This document shows positions 11,401 to 23,659 of a stretch of DNA of 64,000 nt, one piece after another. The translations under genes were made by a program, and so were the position numbers. A model generated the notes under the pieces. It was not told the DNA's origin, did not search any database, and worked only from the letters and a program-made list of their open reading frames with translations. The DNA is from Leptogorgia sarmentosa (Eukaryota). Position 1 is the stretch's first letter. Every line of letters starts with the position of its first letter. Location: the NCBI GenBank assembly GCA_964658305.1, contig OZ210885.1, positions 868,001-932,000 on the forward strand, in the 5' to 3' direction.

Positions 11401-13684
11401 ATTAATTGGTCAGTAAGGCGAGGGATTGCTGCATATATGTATTTCTAGTTAAAGTAGCTGAATGAAGTTTTATGGCGATTTCACAGTTTATTAGCTAATT
11501 AAACCACAAGTGTCATTTTAAAATAATAATTGGTTTGGACTACGTTTGCACAACTTCGGATCGGTCTGAAAACCGCGCAAAAGAAAAACAAAACGGTGTT
11601 CCGTTTACACTGATCCAGAGCGGATTTGTTCAAAATCGTCACTTTTGCCGTGGCGGTACGACCACACTTTCTAAACGTGGTTGGGCGAAAACAGAGTGGC
11701 ACATGGCGTTGTGTAAACATTGTTGCCATATATATTTCGCTGCACTTTATATTAATATAATGTTTGGTGGGGAAATTGACATTATTTCGGATTAGCAATT
11801 TCCCGTTTTATGCAGAGTGAAAATAACAAATCGGAATTCAAACGGAACATTAAATGTAGACGCAAATTATGCCGTTATTATTTTTTCGCTCCGACGTTGT
11901 GTAAACGTAGTCTTAATTACCGATACTTTGAATCTTATTTTTTCCTATAATTGTAATTCAAGGTATGAGAAAAATGGGACAGTTGTGGCCATATTATTTC
12001 GTGGATTACCAAATACGAATGAAAAAGACTTTTCCGAGTGGGTGAACAACTTGGGTTACCAACCATTTCCTTATGTTGGGGGTGTTGTCCCAAGGAATGA
12101 AGTGGAACCAAATGTCAGTGAAGGCGCACATGATGACAGTTCAATTACCTTTGAACCACATAATGAAATGGCGTACTCTCCTAGGTATCCAAAGGTACGT
12201 GTATTTTCAGTTTATGAATTAGTAATATATAATTGTAATGATAATACAATGGTGTTACTGAACCTTCATCATATCCATTTTACCTGTGGCTGGCTACGTT
12301 TTCCAGAATTTTGTACCGCAAAATCTAAAGCTGCTTTTGTCAACGGACTTCTACACGATACTCAGCCACGATACTCAACCACGATACTCAGCCACGATAC
12401 TCAGCATCGTGGTTGAAGTCCGTGATTGAGTATCGTGGTTGAAGTCCGTGGTTGAGTATCGAGGTTGAAGTCCGTGGTTGAGTATCGTGTTTGAAGTCCG
12501 TGGTTGAGTATCGTGGTTGAAGTCCGTGGTTGAGTATCGGGGATCGTGGTTCAAGTCCGTGGTTGAGTACCGTGTTTGAAGTCCGTGGTTGAAGTACTTC
12601 AACCACAATACTCAACCACGGACTTCAACCACGATACTCAACCACGAACCGGAACTGCACTACAAATTATGATTACTTTTTCCCTGCATGGGTTATTTAC
12701 ATATAACAACTGTTCTTTTAGAGATTGATTCACGCGAAACTGAACGCTACTTCAATAATGCGTTGGTAGGAAATACGTCAAGGTCTATTCACTACCTGAA
12801 CAAAACAAACAGATTCGATTAGGGTTAGCAAGAAGAACGAACTTCACTCGATTAGGCTTTTGATGCCGATTAAGTAGTACTTGAGTAAGAAGAAATTCTG
12901 CTAATTTGTTGATAATTGTGCTATTGAGTGCCAGGTGGCAGCCGACAGCTTCTATTCAATAAGTGTTCCCATCCGAATCAAGAAATGAATATTCTGCACG
13001 ATTGTGCGATCTCGTACGTCCTGGCAGCATTTTCAAGCAAATCAAGTTAAATTTTCTCCTCAATTTCAGATATTCACAATAAGCTGTTTGAAGAAGTCAC
13101 AATGGGGTGGTGAGACTGGAATTTGTGATAACCGTGACTTCTTTGCAAAACTGGACTCAGTTTTTGTTCAAAGATGTGAAGAGAAGAAAATTCGTTATTG
13201 GAATTGTCTACACAGCAAGGACAGTGATAAAAATCGCTACCAAAGCTGGCAAATGCGTTTTCAGACAGACGATAAGGATAAAGTTGATGAGTATTTGAAA
13301 ACTGAAAAGTATAATTATTTCTGGGAAGAAAATACTTTGTTTTATTGGAAAAATTTATCGCCCACTACAACACATATTATTAGCGGGGAACAGCTGTGGT
13401 TTAATCAACTTTCATCACTACATGCGAGTTACTACGACGATATTCCATGCTATGATAACCACAAATTGACCTACAAAGAGTATCCATGCCATACGACTTA
13501 TGGTGATGGTGAAGAATTTGAAAAGCACGAGATTGATGAGCATCGACGTTGTATTTGGGAAAGTGCTGTTGGATTTGACTGGCAAAATGGTGATATATTG
13601 TTTTTAGATCAAATGATTGTCCAGCATTCCAGATTAAGTTTCGAAGGAGACAGAAAAGTTGGTGTAAGTCTTTTGAACTACTGA
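8474..13684 (+). CDS. TauD/TfdA (DdaC/SyrP-type) Fe(II)/2OG dioxygenase, paralog B, 3 exons, ~387 aa
   Basis: Exons 8474-8790, 11963-12194, 13070-13684. Intron positions and phases match paralog A, exon 2 and 3 lengths are the same (232, 615 bp), and the same HNE and HSR motifs are present. Confidence 0.9.
9880..11449 (+). mobile_element. Head-to-tail tandem pair (~780 bp each) of a Helitron-like non-autonomous element
   Basis: Unit 1 9880-10661 and unit 2 10662-11448 are highly similar. Each starts taattccgctatagcg and ends ...tatttCTAG. A GC-rich hairpin (ggcgcgaagcgcc) lies just upstream at ~9835-9875, and a diverged 3' fragment is at ~37260-37328. Confidence 0.6.
12345..12647. repeat. 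13-bp minisatellite array with an internal inversion
   Basis: Forward units ~12345-12405, reverse-complement units (tcgtggttgagta / tccgtggttgaag) ~12407-12595, forward again ~12596-12647. Confidence 0.85.
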
Positions 13685-13898
13685 CAAACTATGTACGCAC
13701 GGCGAAGATTTAAACCAAGGAATAAGTTTCACCAGCGATGTTTTGCGGAATGAAATAATATTAATAGTCTTCAATAGCGAATTTGTATATCATGGGATTA
13801 TACCATATTGGATTTACGTAGCTATACCGTTGAATCATGCCAAATACTAAGTTTATTATTTAGTTTACAGTAATTCCGTTTATTATTTTGGTGGTAGC

Positions 13899-14224
13899 CA
13901 GTGGCGTAACGGAGGGGTGTCAGGGTGTCCAGTAACAGGGGGCCCCCGAACTTTAGGGGCCCCCGACAAAATGAACATAAAAAATTGATAGCACATTTCT
14001 GGGGAAATCAAATACGAAAAACAGACAGATAGGCAGGTTTGGAAGAGAGAAGCGAAATTCATTAAATTCAAATTCAAATTCGGGTTCGAGTCTATTCTGT
14101 AACAAAGTGAGGTTTGCCGTTGTGTAGACATAAGTGGTAAATTCAGCCTACTAATTAGTGGAGCAAAGGGGGCCCCAAAGTGGTCGACTGTCGGAGGGCC
14201 CCCAGAGGTTGCGTTACGCCACTG
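13899..14224. mobile_element. hAT-superfamily MITE
   Basis: TIR CAGTGGCGTAAC / GTTACGCCACTG; 8-bp TSD GTGGTAGC at 13891-13898 and 14225-14232. Confidence 0.9.
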
Positions 14225-14597
14225 GTGGTAGCAGGCGTGTTAAAGCATTATTGAAATAATCTGTGTGTTCAACATGCACGGATTGTGGAAATTCAAATTA
14301 GCTTCTGGGCTGAGTTGTTAAAATGTAGGTTAGCACTGACTGACCCAGGGATAAAGTAACCCAATGTTTTATTTTACTGTGTTGGAACCAATAGTTTTCG
14401 TTTCAAATTTACTTCATAACACTTGAACAACTTCACAACAGTTCTGTTAAGAAATTAAACAACAAATACAAAGCTTCTCAACTTTTCACTACCCAGGGTT
14501 AAATAAAATTACCTAGCTTTGGACAACCAGCCCCTGACGGACACAAACACCGAAACACGTGTTGTTATAAATACTTCTGTTGCTCATGTACCATTCT

Positions 14598-14937
14598 CAT
14601 GGGCGTAGCCACGGGGGGGAATGGGGGGGTCCGGACCCCCCCCCCCACTTTTATTCAAAACATGTCTTTCAATTCCTTCAAAATCAAGTAAAAAAGCGGA
14701 TATAAGGAATATCGGGTACGCCTCCTCATAGTCTAATCATCATTGCATTCCCAACATTTGATTAATATATTATTTGATTAATACACACACATTAGGCTGT
14801 TTTCAAGTTCATAACATCCCCGCATAAAATACATGAAATACGTTTGGACATATTTGTATGCGCAGTATAACTGTATATGATCTACTGGATCTGGATGAAT
14901 GGACCCCCTCACTTTTGTACGGCTGGCTACGCCCCTG
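14598..14937. mobile_element. hAT-superfamily MITE
   Basis: TIR CATGGGCGTAGCC / GGCTACGCCCCTG; 8-bp TSD ACCATTCT at 14590-14597 and 14938-14945. Confidence 0.85.
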
Positions 14938-15440
14938 ACCATTCTATTCAAAATCAATTCTATTCAAAGTAATGCACGTTTAACAACAGAATACCTCATT
15001 TGTATAGAGGGTACTTTGCTTTTGAATACCCTGTTAGTATACTATAGTGACGATCCTGAAGGGGTAAAATGGGAACTGGGCCGGATTTGCCTATTTTTGG
15101 TGGGGAAATGGAATTTCATGCACTGAGATTGGATTCATCAGCCAAAAGCAATAAAATGGGATTAACATTTTAGCAGGACAGCCACTGGGACGATGGGATT
15201 CGTGCTCTTGGACACTGGGATTTGGTAATAATTTGGGCTGGGTAATGGGAATAGGAACCCCCCTTCACGACCCTCTGCAGTGGTGGACTGTCATGACTGA
15301 CTTTCGCCACAAGCCCACAACATAAAGTATAAATTGCGTCAAGTACTTTCCGCTGGTTGCTCAATTCGCCGTGACGACTTTAATTGAATCACTGATCTCA
15401 TAAACGTGAGACTGGACAATGTATATCATGGGGGTTTGAG

Positions 15441-18400
15441 ATGAAGATGAACATTGCAATAATTGCCTCACTATATCGTAATTCTCAATGTATTAGTTTG
15501 ATTTTACTGACAATTCTTCACGTAGTACTCACTTATACACATTGGGCACTCACTGAACAAGGACGTATCACATCAAAGGTGAGTCAGGTCAATACAATGC
15601 TCGTCTGTTGATGTTGTGTATAACAGTATATTGTACTTTGTTGACATATTCAAGTACGTTTATGAAATGAAAGTACCCACTGAATATTATGATATTCTCA
15701 TGTTTATGAATATGTAAAAGCTTCTTGTTGTATTATACTACTGAGAAATTGACCTTCGTTTATTTGTCTTATATGTTATGATCAGTACATAATATGTAAA
15801 TTCTTCTATTGCTGCAAATTTTGTGTCGCAATTATCAGGCCGACGATACTTAGAATTTGCAAGACTTTCACTGGAACTGTTCGAAAACGGCGTATCTAAG
15901 TTTAGAATGAAGGGGTTCGCTTCGGGATTTGCTTTATAATAATATAATATTTCGAAGAATGACATTCAGGATTGACCTTACAATTTAACTTTAGGAAGTT
16001 TTGAAATTTCTCTTTATCATGCCAGATGTAATTAGTTTTTAAGCAACACCGTTAAATCTTGCAACGTAGATTTTGATTTTGCCCAGCAGCGAGTGGTCTA
16101 AAGTGCTTTTGTTGGCATCTATAAACTTAGTAATATTTTGCAAAAAAAAAACTACCAAATATACGCTTAGCATTACTGCATTAGGCTGCAAAAGCAGGAA
16201 CAAAAAGGGCCCTTTGAAAAATTCAATACTTGGCTGCCATTTTGTGGAGGGAAGATTTTGACTGAGCACTGACAGGAGCACAAATTCTGTATAATTTATT
16301 ATTTCAGCTGCTATAAAATTTACAACCACACTAAAAAATTTTTCTTACACTTTCTATTTTGTTTGATAATTTTTTTCGTCAAATGCATCCAAATAAGAAA
16401 AGAGTTTGAAATTATCAAATGCAAGCACATACTATGTATTCATGTGCATGCTGGCTCAGGCATGGTTAAGACATGGTTAAGGGATGGTTACGGGATGGTT
16501 AAGGTATGGTTAAGGCATGGTTAAGACATGGTTAAGGGATGGTTAAGGCATGGTTAAGGCATGGTTAAGGAATGGTTAAGACATGGTTAAGGGATGATTA
16601 AGGCACGGTTAAGGGATGGTTATGGCATGGTTAAGGAATGGTTACGGGGTGGTTAAGGCATGGTTAAGACATGGTTAAGACATGGCTAAGGCATGGTTAA
16701 GGGATGGTTATGGCATGGTTAAGGCATGGTTATGGGATGGTTAAGGTATGGTTAAGACATGATTAAGGCATGGTTAAGGCATGGTTAAGGGACGGTTAAG
16801 CCATGGTTAAGGCTTGGTTAAGGCATGGTGAAGGCATGGTTATGGCATGGTAAAGGGATGGTTAAGCCATGGCTAAGGCTTGGTTAAGGCATGGTGAAGG
16901 CATGGTGAAGGCATTGTAAAGGGATGGTTAAGCCATGGTTAAGGCTTGGTTAAGGTATGGTGAAGGCATGATTAAGGCATGGTTAAGGCATGGTTAAGGC
17001 ATGGTTAAGGGATGGTTAAGCCATGGTTAAGGCTTGGTTAAGGCATGGTGAAGGCATTGTTAAGGCATGAATAAGACATGGTTAAGCCATGGTTAAGGCT
17101 TGGTTAAGGCATGGTGAAGGCATGGTTATGGCATGGTAAAGGGATGGTTAAGCCATGGTTAAGGCTTGGTTAAGGCATGGTGAAGGCATTGTAAAGGGAT
17201 GGTTAAGCCATGGTTAAGGCTTGGTTAAGGTATGGTGAAGGCATGGTGAAGGCATGGTTATGGCATGGTAAAAGGATGGTTAAGCAATGGTTAAGGCTTG
17301 GTTAAGGCACGGTGAAGGCATGGTTATGGCATTGTAAAGGGATGGTTAAGCCATGGTTAAGGCTTGGTTAAGGCATGGTGAAGGCATGGTTATGGCATGG
17401 TGAAGGGATGGTTAAGCCATGGTTAAGGCATGGTTATGGCATGGTAAAGGGATGGTTAAGCCATGGTTAAGGCTTGGTTAAGGCATGGTGAAGGCATTGT
17501 AAAGGGATGGTTAAGCCATGGTTAAGGCTTGGTTAAGGTATGGTGAAGGCATGGTGAAGGCATGGTTATGGCATGGTAAAAGGATGGTTAAGCAATGGTT
17601 AAGGCTTGGTTAAGGCACGGTGAAGGCATGGTTATGGCATTGTAAAGGGATGGTTAAGCCATGGTTAAGGCTTGGTTAAGGCATGGTGAAGGCATGGTTA
17701 TGGCATGGTAAAGGGATGGTTAAGCCATGGTTAAGGCTTGGTTAAGGCTTGGTTAAGGCTTGGTTAAGGTATGGTGAAGGCATGGTTATGGCATGGTAAA
17801 AGGATGGTTAAGCCATGGTTAAGGCTTGGTTAAGCCATGGTTAAGGCTTGGTTAAGGTATGGTGAAGGCACGGTGAAGGCATGGTTATGGCATGGTAAAG
17901 GGATGGTTAAGCCATGGTTAAGGCTTGGTTAAGGCTTGGTTAAGGCTTGGTTAAGGTATGGTGAAGGCATGGTTATGGCATGGTAAAAGGATGGTTAAGC
18001 CATGGTTAAGGCTTGGTTAAGGCACGGTGAAGGCATGGTTATGGCATTGTAAAGGGATGGTTAAGGCATGGTTAAGGCATGGTTAAGGCTTGGTTAAGGC
18101 ATGGTTAAGGCATGGTAAAAGGATGGTTAAGCAATGGTTAAGGCTTGGTTAAAGCACGGTGAAGGCACGGTGAAGGCATGGTTATGGCTTGGGTAAGGCA
18201 CGGTTTTTATTAACCTCGTTTTATAACCACGTTTTATAACCACGTTTTATAACCACGGTTTATAACCACGTTTTATAACCACGGTTTATAGCCACGTTTT
18301 ATAACCACGTTCTATAACCACGTTTTATAACCACGCATGTTATACCACGGTTGTTAAAAGCACGGTTATAGGGGCGACATTGGGGGCAAGTGCCCCCCTC

Positions 18401-21400
18401 CCCCACTTTTTGTACAAAGGATAAATGTGCCCTTTTTTGAAAGGAAAGTGCCCTTTTCCATGCGTGCCCTTTTTGGATTGTGCCCTCCCCCCACTTTTGA
18501 GGTGCTTCCGCGGCCCCTGTACACCCCGTCAAAGACATTGTTCACCCTTCCGAAATAATTTACACCCTCTGTCCCTATCAAAAGTTGAATGCACTGACAA
18601 TAATGTATCAATAAAATTAATATGTTTGTACGCTTTTTTGCGGCAAATTAACCTAAAAATCAAACACACAAAAAAACTTTTCCATCTAATGTATGGTTCC
18701 TTAATGGCTAAGGTATGGCTAAGGGTTGAGCCATGGTTGAGGCAAGGTTGAGACAGGGTTAAGGCACAGTTGTTTTCACAGTTTTTAAACCAAGAAATAT
18801 TTGCATAGCATAATATTGCCACTGTGCTGGAAGCTAATACATTGTTATGTTGTTAGATTTATTCAGAGTTCCACCTGAGAAGACCAGAGAATCTAATAAT
18901 ATTTCTAAGAACTGAAGATGATTTAAAACGACTGAAGCGTGTTAAGGAAGAATTATCAAAAGAAAAGAAAATTTTAGAAATTGAACGAGATGAAGAAAAA
19001 GTGGATTTAGTGACGAAATATCACAGTGAGGATGAGGATTGTTTATTGGCTGGAAAACCGTTAAAAAAATTTGATCTTAAAATTAGTACTGTCATTCCTT
19101 TTGATACTTTAGGAATAAGGTTAGTGTTGAAAGTAATTAAATGAATATTTACACATTAGGCGAAAGAACTGCACCATATGCACACCAGTATACAGAGTGT
19201 CCCAAAAAAAAACTCCCCTCTGAAATCAGATTAAAATCAGACATTTTGTTTTAAGCGTGCGTTGTGATACCTTTGGGAATTGAATTGACTTGTACATGAA
19301 TAGCGGGATAGTTATAACTTCTCAACCGGCAAGTTATAATTTATTCCGCCATTTTATAATTTATTCCGCCATCTATGTGTCTGATTCTAATAGAGGGGAC
19401 ATTTTTGGGGGCACTCTCTAGATAATCATGCCAAAGCTATAACAATTAAGGATTAATGGTACTGCAAGTGCAATTCCGCCTTTGGGCAATTTTCATGAAA
19501 TAATTGTACTCCTCTCAAGCAACAAATATCGAGTATTTTTTTCTTGCTAATAGTAAAGTGCTAAATATAAAACTGAGTTTGAGTTTGGAAATTCGTTTAA
19601 CTATTTCAGGATTGCTATACTACTTCAACTCACGACTGCTGCACAGGATGTGTGACTTTACTGTTTTGCTATCCTGCTTTTCACATGGCTTTTTTTTATG
19701 AAAAGTGACTCAATATATGTACAACTTGTTTTTTTCTGTAGATACACTGATTATATTGACTTTAAAAGTGAACTTCCTCAGCAGTCTGTGCCGCCATTCT
19801 GTGCCGCTGACCTACCATTTAGTATGATTACGATGGAGCACCTCGAGGGACTGGTAAAGAGAGATCAGTTAATGAATTATGCTGAAAAAGAATTGGGTAG
19901 ACACATTTTTGCGGAATATCAGTTTGAAAACATTGGACATAGGATTAAATATTCTTTAGATAAGGTACATGTTCGCGTGAGTTGTGCCCCATTTACAATA
20001 TACCGCTTATTCATCTAGTGTTTGTCCTCGAAAGACTGTCAATAGTATTATTGCTTAAGGAGCTCTTACGAAAAGTGAAAAAACAGAGTTTGAACTCACC
20101 ATAACTTATTATTGTTTGTCAGAATGAAACCTCATGGGTATTACTAAATCTAGCTGCTTTATACTGGAGGATTCAGGGCAATTCTTTTGAGGCCATTGAA
20201 TGTCTGAGAAGAGCATTGTATTACTCCTACAGGTATTATAATATCAAGTATATATATTATTATACTATAAAAATTCATTATGTGGCCAGTTTTGTATTTT
20301 TCCGCTTTACGCCGCAAAACAGTTCCGGGTATTACGTCACAACTACGTGGAAGTGAGGCTGAAACGGTACTTTACTTTATAGTACATTACAAAAGAGTGC
20401 AGGGCTCACGGTGAAACTTTAAGACAGATTGATTGAGGCCATCATTAGTATTGATATTAAGACATTGCATTATGTACTTTACATTCAGTAATAGTGAATG
20501 TCCCGTTCTGTCAGCACGTTTGCCCAACGCGTTTGACTGAATTTAAATGGCGTTGCCTACACCATGCATTCTGTTATATTGTTCATGTTACTCGCTCCTT
20601 AACCTGCCATGAGCTCCAACGCAATCAGACATGTATGTGTTTTTTTTTCTGCAGTAGCTATATACAGAGAAATGTAAAGTTTTGTTTCAAATTTTTTCAG
20701 CAATGGTAGGGGCATGGCGTTGTTGAGTTTAGCTAATGTTTTACATCATACTGGACATTCAAAAGACGCAAGTATTCTTGTTGATGCTTCCATTCATTTT
20801 TTAAACGATAAAAGAATAAGCTGGTTTACTCTCGGAAATATCTTCGCAGTAAGTATGAACGTTTATAGCTGGGTTTCATATGTTTCACCCTTGGTGGATG
20901 GTCACCTTCAAACGCAGCTTTCGGATCAAGTTAATTTTAATTTTCAGCGTCTCAGATGCGGCGCTTATTCGGGGGGGGGGGGGGGGGGGCGGTCTTTAAG
21001 AATGTTCTAAAGAGAACCATTAGCATAGCTTAGAAATGCACCCATTTCAGTTGAAAAGATTGCTGTGCAAGAAAATAAATTTCCTCATCTAGTTTAGGAT
21101 TGAAATGTCTTATATCAGTTTGTGAATAAATATGACAGTGTTTCGAATAAACGCCGCATGTTGTTAGTAACGAAGGCGGCGCTCTTTAAAAGTTTTCTAG
21201 TCCCAGTTGCTGGGCTCATTAGGAGGCGTTGACGTGAACTTGACAATCAATTGAATTGCATGTATGAGTTCTATTGCATAACATACATCAGATTGCATCG
21301 GGCAATTTTAAGGCTAGGCTGCAATAAATGTGAATCTGTTCAGAGCCTTCTCTTCCGCCTCCTCAAACAGTTGATGACGTCTCAGTTGATTTGTTTTCAA

Positions 21401-21914
21401 AAAAAACACGTAACTATGTATAGTGAAACAAAATTCTATGTTATTCTCTCCATCTAGAGTCTTGGTAGATATTCGTCAGCAGAGGTTTGTTTTCGAGAAG
21501 CTTTAGAAATACAACCAAGTTTCAAAAATGCCAAACAAAGATTACATGCTGTATTGTGTGAACGAAAACTACAGAAGGCATTGGAAAAGCAACACGAGTA
21601 AGGAGTTTTTGATTTTTGATAAAGCATTTCATTTATAGTCTATGTAAACTAATTTGCAAGTCATGTCACAAGAAAGGCTTGTCCACCTAACCTAATATTC
21701 CAGGTATTTGTTTGACATGCCGACTGTTTCTATATTATGTTGTTTTTCTAGTATTTTAAAGACGATTTTGGAGCAGATGGAAAAGTACCAAGAAAAACAA
21801 AAAACGTATGAACATGATGAGAATGTTTTGCTGAATCGTGTTGTGCCTGAAGAAATACAGCTCAAAAGACATTATCAAATTCAGAAAGTTTTAGCACAGT
21901 TTAGAAGGACCTGA
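15441..21914 (+). CDS. TTC17: Tetratricopeptide repeat protein 17-like (N-terminal part only, 7 exons, ~394 aa)
   Basis: Exons 15441-15578, 18857-19119, 19742-19964, 20123-20232, 20701-20848, 21458-21597, 21752-21914 join in frame (1185 bp). Hydrophobic leader then THWALTEQG; SWVLLNLAALYWRIQG..AIECLRRAL; ALLSLANVLH; FTLGNIFA; RLHAVLCERKL. These match my recollection of the TTC17 N-terminal TPR region. Confidence 0.85.
16459..18203. repeat. 11-bp satellite (GGCATGGTTAA)n, ~1.75 kb, in TTC17 intron 1
   Basis: About 160 variant units; recurring 55-66 bp higher-order blocks after ~16800; degenerate units again at ~18700-18765. Confidence 0.95.
18205..18352. repeat. 13-bp minisatellite (tttataaccacgt)n
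   Basis: About 10 tandem units directly abutting the 11-bp satellite. Confidence 0.85.
18370..18519. mobile_element. Truncated hAT MITE copy (same family as 23660-23810)
   Basis: Shares cattgggggcaagtgcccccc...gaggtgcttccgcggcccctg with the intact copy. Confidence 0.75.
19193..19418. mobile_element. Degenerate Tc1/mariner-type MITE
   Basis: TA-cagagtgtcccaaaaa...ctcccctct and agaggggacatttttgggggcactct form imperfect TIRs. Confidence 0.5.
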
Positions 21915-22729
21915 TGTATTCTAGGATAAAAATGTTTTGTATAAAATATAAAGCTGCATTTTGTCTGAATACAGTCAGTCATTGTCGGTCCAGTGACCAT
22001 ACTACATATACGTGTGTACGTGATTGAGTGTACTGGAAATAGAAACAAAAACAAATTACAGCCAAACACAAAAAACTGTATTCATGTTCGCCTCTTATCT
22101 TGAAAATCGACAGCTCTATGATCTTTTGCATGAAGGGAATGTTTTCGTATAATGCAAATAATGAATGTTGTTTTAAATAAGATTAAGTACACCAAATGGC
22201 AATCCTTTTTTTGCCGTCGTTACAATGCATGGTGAATTAATTTAATAAACAAATAGTCTGCATCCTGTAGAGCTGATCCCCCTCAAGTTTTTCCGGATCC
22301 TAAGGCGGTAGGTACAGCTGCTTTTTGAGAAAGGAGAAGCTATTAGCGAAAAAAACGTGATCTTTTCTCACTAAAGCAAATGTTCAGAAATAACCGTTAT
22401 CGCGTTTCGTGCCTGTATGTGATATTATTATTGCAAGAGAAGACCTGCACTAATGTTTCCTGCAAGTTGGGACCGGAATTCCAAATGCGTATGTGTTATG
22501 GAGAAGAAGAAAGAGGCACAGCATTCAGAGTGCAGTGTGGAAAGATCTAGTCCCGCCACTGCTAAAAACTTTATTTCACTATTAAAAATGGTACGAGACA
22601 CTTATTTAAAAAAAGCCGTTAAAAAATTATTCTCAATATAAATCATTAATTGCATGGCAATGGATATGTTCGTTAATTGCTCCTTGCTCATCGGTATTAA
22701 AGCGGTCAATTCTTTTTATGCTCTTTCGA

Positions 22730-23630
22730 CCCAAAAGGATCTACCCTTTCTCCAATCAATTCATGTTCAGGAGTGACGAAAAGAAGCTATAAAAAAAAAG
22801 ACGGCATCAAGATCCGGTCACATGTAGTTACTTGCAGTGATTACTGTTTCAATTGTTTCAGACACACACACACACCCTCTCCCCCTATTGTCGAGCAGTT
22901 ACCGGAAAGAGTGGGACATAAATGTAGAAACTGAAACCCACGCGAAGGTTGTTCCCCGCGGAGATCAAATACAACTTAGATAGGAAAAAACAACAACGAC
23001 CAACTTGCCTGAGGCTGAGGTAAATTGCCAAAAGGATCTTTTACCCTTTGCCCAATCCCTTCATGTTCTTTGGTATCAAAATACTACAAAATAACCGACA
23101 ACATTAATACATGTTTACATTTAAAGTTCTATGTGATTACTATATAGATGAAATCAATTAATTGTTTCAGTTAAGGTTTTGTGAACACCGATATAAGAAT
23201 ATGCCCCCCATCTCCGCCCTACCCAGTCATGTGCTGGCTACACCACTGAAAAGGGTGGGACATAAAATGTAGAAACTGAGACCCACGCGAGGGTTTGTTG
23301 CACCCAGGGGTCAATGCTACGTAGTGAAGCCGACGACTTTTAACGTTTTTCAGACTCAAAAGGATTTTTACCGTTTCCCTATTCACTTTATGTTCACCAG
23401 TACTAACATCCTATAAAAGAAAAGACAGCATTAATGCCCGTTTACACTTGCAAAATTCGATTTGTGATTACCATACTGTAGTTTCTTTTGAAATCAATTG
23501 TTTCCGTTATAAGGTTTTGTGAACACGAATAATATCCACGTACCCCGCTCTCCCCAGTGACGAGCTGACTACACCACTGAAAAGGGTGGGGGACACGAAG
23601 GTTGTTTCGCCCAGGGGTCAATACAATGTG
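22730..23630. repeat. Degenerate ~300-330 bp tandem repeat (3 copies)
   Basis: Recurrent blocks caaaaggat...ttcatgttc (~22733, ~23029, ~23357) and gggacataaatgtagaaactga.acccacgcga (~22912, ~23257; partial at ~23590). Confidence 0.6.
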
Positions 23631-23659
23631 CAAGACCGTACTAGCTACACGCAGATAGG

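Noticed and set aside
12375..12615. ORFs made of HDTQPRYSTT / NHGLQPR repeats (also 4013-4318)
   Set aside because: They are translations of the 13-bp minisatellite inside introns.
22453..22641. Possible extra TTC17 exon
   Set aside because: No recognisable TTC17 similarity and no convincing donor in exon 7 before its stop codon.
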